29,052 nucleotides of DNA, taken from the IMG/VR virus record IMGVR_UViG_2778261515_000007, one strand, 5' to 3'. Positions 25,862-29,052 of the stretch are shown here, in pieces. The notes beneath the pieces are model-generated. The model did no database searches and was not told the origin of the DNA. It worked only from the letters and a program-made list of their open reading frames with translations. The DNA is from a virus. Taxonomy: Duplodnaviria; Heunggongvirae; Uroviricota; Caudoviricetes. How positions within the stretch are numbered: the first letter of the stretch is position 1; the number at the start of each line of letters is the position of its first letter. The position numbers and the translations under genes are program-made.

Positions 25862-25886
25862 AAAAAAGCCGGGCAGTGGCCCGGCT
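25861..25886 (-). terminator. Leftward-oriented intrinsic terminator at the 3' end of the Rha gene
   Basis: GCCGGGC-AGTG-GCCCGGC hairpin preceded on the plus strand by 7 A (so followed by 7 U on the minus strand). No T-tract for the plus direction. Confidence 0.4.
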
Positions 25887-26274
25887 CGCTCAACGTTAGT
25901 AAAGGCAACTTCACAAAAGAAGTAAGCCAGTAACATCCAAGAACATTTGCGTTAGTAAAAATACCAGTAAGCATATGAATGTTTCAAGCCTAAATATTGA
26001 TTCTGCAATTTCGGGACGTTACACTGTCTCCGCACCTTATAAAGCGGGTGCCGGGATTGGAACCCCGGAATTGCTCGAGGCGATATACGACGCGCCAGCG
26101 TCTTTTTTATCGTCCATGCTCGCGCACGCCAGAATTATGGTGGGCTGGGCAGGGGAGCCGAAAGGCTCGCCGGTTTCCTTGAGCGCCGGTAGTTCCAACC
26201 CTGTTCAGTCCGCCACCAGCGAGCTTGGAACCTCCGGTGGTGGAAGTTTTTCACTGCTCAAGGAGGCTGCCATC

Positions 26275-26637
26275 ATGGCTACTGTCCCAACTTCCCCATT
26301 TCTCAAAATCGAAGTCGTCAACGGCAAGGCCGTTATTTTCTCTCTGCATGTTGCCTGTCATTTCAAGCGCATGCACCAGAACATCGTCGACAAAATCGAG
26401 TATCTGAACTGCTCGCGCGAATTTTTTACCTGCAATTTCATACCGGGTACTTATCACATCTATGGTGATTCTCTGCATGGTTATTACATCACCCTTGATG
26501 GTTTGATGATGCTTCAGCTTGGGTTAAGTCTCCGCACAATGCGGTACTACGAGAGCTGTATTGAAGCATTCCATGAGGCAGAAACTAACCTGAATCACAC
26601 CGCTTTCCGCCGTAATCAATGGGAGGTGCGCCCATGA
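26275..26637 (+). CDS. Hypothetical prophage early protein (120 aa)
   Basis: ATG at 26275 with SD AGGAGG 8 nt upstream; stop overlaps the next start (ATGA). The ORF track extends the frame upstream to 25975, but that extension is low-complexity and lacks an RBS. Confidence 0.5.
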   Translation: MATVPTSPFLKIEVVNGKAVIFSLHVACHFKRMHQNIVDKIEYLNCSREFFTCNFIPGTYHIYGDSLHGYYITLDGLMMLQLGLSLRTMRYYESCIEAFHEAETNLNHTAFRRNQWEVRP

Positions 26638-26858
26638 TTCGTCGCGTTGTGAATTCTCTGTATCACCGATACAACCGTTGCCCCCGTGTGGGGCAGTGGT
26701 TTGCCACCAGCAACGGTCACGTTCTGCGGGTTTGCCTGGTCAGTACCGAAAGCCAGAAAGTTGTGTGTGAATTACTGGGGCGTAACTACACCATTAGCTA
26801 TCCGTTGATGGCGTTTCAGTCCGGAAAAATGTTTAAACGCCTGGGAGGTGCCGTGTGA
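26634..26858 (+). CDS. Hypothetical prophage early protein (74 aa)
   Basis: ATG at 26634 with SD GGGAGG 7 nt upstream. Translationally coupled on both sides. Confidence 0.5.
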   Translation: MIRRVVNSLYHRYNRCPRVGQWFATSNGHVLRVCLVSTESQKVVCELLGRNYTISYPLMAFQSGKMFKRLGGAV

Positions 26859-27766
26859 GTAGCAAAATTCTCGGTAACGTCTGGGATGCATGTGCCGCGT
26901 ATGGAGTCAAAGGTGCAAAGCTGATGATCATGGCGCGTCTGGCTGATTATTCGAATGATGACGGGGTGTGTTATCCCGGTGTTGAAACAATATGCCGACA
27001 GCTTGGGTTGGGAGAAAGCACAGTAAGAACAGCAATTTCAGAGCTGGAGGCTGATGGCTGGCTGACGCGTCAGTCACGCCGCAAAGGTAATCGTAATACG
27101 TCCAATCTTTATCATCTGAATGCTGATCGGCTTGAACAGCTTGCCAGAACGGAGCGGGATAAGGTCGCAGAACTAAAACAGCAGCGCAGACTTTCAGTAC
27201 TACGTGACCCGTCAAAATCTGAACCGTCAGAATCTGAATGTTCAGGTGTGTTTGACCCTTCAGATTCTGGCAAAAAAACGGTTTTGACCCTTCAGAATCT
27301 GGACCCAGATCCACAAGGTTTAAAACATGATCCGCAAGTAAATTCAAAACATGATCCGCAAGATATTGGCGCATCCGCTGACGCGTCTGCACCAGCGCGC
27401 TCTGCCCGACAGGAATATTCACCGGAATTTGAACAGGCCTGGCAGGAATATCCCAAACGTGCTGGTGGTAATTCCAAGTCGGCAGCCTTCAAAGCCTGGA
27501 AAGCCCGTCTCAGGGAGGGAATAAAACCGGAGACCATGCTTGATGGTGTGAGACGTTATGCCGCTTGGGTACGTGCTACAGGAAATACCGGCACACAGTT
27601 CGTGAAGCAGGCTGCGACGTTCTTTGGACCCGATCGTCACTTCGAAGACTTCTGGCAACAGCCAGCCGCTCCCGGAGGTGGGCGACAGCGACAGGTCGAT
27701 GTCCTGGCTGGCCTGGGAGCCATGTCTGACAAATTCGGTAAATCCAGTGACAAATTGACATTCTGA
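26855..27766 (+). CDS. Replication initiation protein (lambda O-like / replisome organiser) containing internal iterons
   Basis: GTG start with SD GGGAGG 6 nt upstream. N-terminal HTH-like region; iteron-like direct repeats inside the coding sequence; immediately followed by a DnaC-like loader gene. Confidence 0.65.
   Translation: MSSKILGNVWDACAAYGVKGAKLMIMARLADYSNDDGVCYPGVETICRQLGLGESTVRTAISELEADGWLTRQSRRKGNRNTSNLYHLNADRLEQLARTERDKVAELKQQRRLSVLRDPSKSEPSESECSGVFDPSDSGKKTVLTLQNLDPDPQGLKHDPQVNSKHDPQDIGASADASAPARSARQEYSPEFEQAWQEYPKRAGGNSKSAAFKAWKARLREGIKPETMLDGVRRYAAWVRATGNTGTQFVKQAATFFGPDRHFEDFWQQPAAPGGGRQRQVDVLAGLGAMSDKFGKSSDKLTF
27204..27363. repeat. Iteron-like direct repeats (putative prophage replication origin) inside the O-like gene
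   Basis: TTGACCCTTCAGATTCTGG at 27252-27270 and TTGACCCTTCAGAATCTGG at 27284-27302, related TGACCCGTCAAAATCTGA at 27204-27221, and AAAACATGATCCGCAAG at 27322-27338 and 27346-27362. Confidence 0.5.
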
Positions 27767-27767
27767 G

Positions 27768-28655
27768 GTGACAGCGATGATGACGTTTAACCTGCGTGAA
27801 CAACAAAAAAGACTACAGGCGCGAATGGATGAGTTACGGGCAGAGATTGCATTTGCTCAGAAGGGCGAAAAGCCATGGCCTTATCGTTCCTGCCTGATGC
27901 GTGAAGGTCGCGGATATTGCGAAAAACACGGTAAATACCATACGCATATACTGGTGTGGAGCGATCGTAATGGCGAGGACAGAGAAAAAATTTCATGCTG
28001 CCCTGACTGCTTGATCGCTGAGGCCAACGATTTGACCATGGAATTGTCGTCCATCAAGGCGGAAGAGCTGACTGATAACGCCGGAATTGCCCTGCGTTTT
28101 CGGGACTGCGAGTTTGATAATTATCTGGAGGTTAATCCTGACGCAGCCAGAAATCTTGCAGCCTGTCGCCGCTATGCGGAGAACTGGCCAGATATGCTGG
28201 AGAACGGCACCAGTCTTGTTATGACTGGCAGTTGCGGTACCGGGAAAAATCATCTGGCGGTATCAATGGCAAAACACATCATCCGTAACTATCTGGCCAG
28301 TGTGGAGATCACCGACGTGATGCGTCTTACCCGTGCTGTGAAAAACTGCTGGCGGAATGACAGCGAAAAAACAGCGGATGAAGTTATTGAGCATTATGCG
28401 TCAATGGATTTGCTGATCATCGACGAAGTTGGTGTTCAGTTTGGCAGCGCGGCTGAAATGGCTATTTTGCAGGAAATTATCAATGCCCGGTACGAAAGTA
28501 TTCTGCCCACCATCCTGATTAGCAACCTTTCACCGGATGAGTTGTGGGCGTTCATCAGCCCCCGCATTGCCGACAGGATCACAGACGGGGGGCGCAACTG
28601 GTTGTCGTTCAACTGGCCCAGCTACCGTTCTCGTATCAGAGGTGTGGCTGCATGA
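27768..28655 (+). CDS. DnaC-like helicase loader (IstB/DnaC AAA+ family) with N-terminal Cys-rich region
   Basis: Walker A GSCGTGKNHL (DnaC-type GTGKNHL), Walker B LLIIDEVG, and a Cys/His cluster in the N-terminal 80 aa. Confidence 0.8.
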   Translation: MTAMMTFNLREQQKRLQARMDELRAEIAFAQKGEKPWPYRSCLMREGRGYCEKHGKYHTHILVWSDRNGEDREKISCCPDCLIAEANDLTMELSSIKAEELTDNAGIALRFRDCEFDNYLEVNPDAARNLAACRRYAENWPDMLENGTSLVMTGSCGTGKNHLAVSMAKHIIRNYLASVEITDVMRLTRAVKNCWRNDSEKTADEVIEHYASMDLLIIDEVGVQFGSAAEMAILQEIINARYESILPTILISNLSPDELWAFISPRIADRITDGGRNWLSFNWPSYRSRIRGVAA

Positions 28656-29052
28656 CAATACCAGTCTGGCGTAACGATGACCTGGAAGGCGCTGTTATTG
28701 GCGCGTTCTTTCTGCGTGGGGCAGATCCTGAAGTGATGGATATTCTGGCCACATTGCCGGCGGACGTTTTTTCTGTACGAGCGTATCGGGATATCTACAC
28801 AGGTATCTGCAGACAGGCCCGTGTTTCAGGTGTGATTGACCCTGTGCTGCTGTGTAATGAGATGCCGGAACTTGCCCCGGTGATTACTGATACCGGGCGC
28901 AAAACCTGGGTGAAGTCGTCACTGGAGCACTATGTTGCAGCGTTGCGGCGCAATGCCGCATTGCGCGATGCAGAAAAAACACTGAATGAGGCGTTACTGA
29001 ACCGCCCCGGGTTTCCTGGAGAGTGTTTTATCTGTGAACTCAGGCTGCCAGA
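28652..29052 (+). CDS. DnaB-like replicative helicase, N-terminal part (runs off the window end)
   Basis: ATG overlaps the upstream TGA. N-terminal domain pattern LEGAVIGAFFL...VRAYRDIYTGI resembles the DnaB N-terminal domain. Confidence 0.45.
   Translation, partial: MTIPVWRNDDLEGAVIGAFFLRGADPEVMDILATLPADVFSVRAYRDIYTGICRQARVSGVIDPVLLCNEMPELAPVITDTGRKTWVKSSLEHYVAALRRNAALRDAEKTLNEALLNRPGFPGECFICELRLP

Noticed and set aside
25975-26274. Upstream extension of the 26275-26637 gene (ORF track lists 25975-26637, 220 aa)
   Set aside because: The extension encodes a low-complexity Gly/Ser/Ala-rich sequence with no RBS, whereas the internal ATG at 26275 has a near-consensus AGGAGG at ideal spacing.
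1-29052. CRISPR arrays, rRNA genes, intact tRNA genes
   Set aside because: No regularly spaced short direct repeats with unique spacers and no full-length tRNA or rRNA-like sequence were found; only 3' remnants of tRNA-Phe, tRNA-Ile and tmRNA are present.

Overview
Enterobacterial (E. coli/Shigella-like) accessory DNA in which three mobile-element contexts sit side by side. (1) 1-10.4 kb: a genomic-island segment with a 22-nt tRNA-Phe 3' remnant at its left edge, a 5'-truncated EAL-domain gene, a 5'-truncated IS2, a leftward block of uncharacterised island genes (including a serine-recombinase-like protein that lacks the catalytic residues and an AlpA-like regulator), an orphan 534-aa gene with a ~775-bp AT-rich leader, a gene broken by one in-frame stop, and a P4-type tyrosine integrase abutting a 47-nt tRNA-Ile(CAU) 3' remnant. 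(2) 10.5-18.2 kb: two AT-rich ORFs, IS3-transposase and Pin-invertase pseudogene remnants, and a ~1524-aa AIDA-type autotransporter (ypjA-like). (3) 18.2-29 kb: the int-proximal ~11 kb of a lambdoid prophage marked by a 27-nt tmRNA (ssrA) 3' remnant: int, xis, a leftward operon of unrecognised genes organised largely as translationally coupled modules (one is a small membrane protein plus an SPFH/band-7 lipoprotein), cI-like repressor, cro, Rha-like protein, O-like initiator with internal iterons, DnaC-like loader and the start of a DnaB-like helicase. The best candidates for an undescribed system are the coupled modules of the prophage leftward operon and the int-proximal cargo of the island. 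No rRNA, intact tRNA or CRISPR array was seen. Everything rests on reading ORFs, motifs, ribosome-binding sites and repeats by eye and on recalled family sequences; no database search or structure prediction was run, so family assignments are hypotheses and locus names (ypjA, pinH, insC/insD) are from memory.
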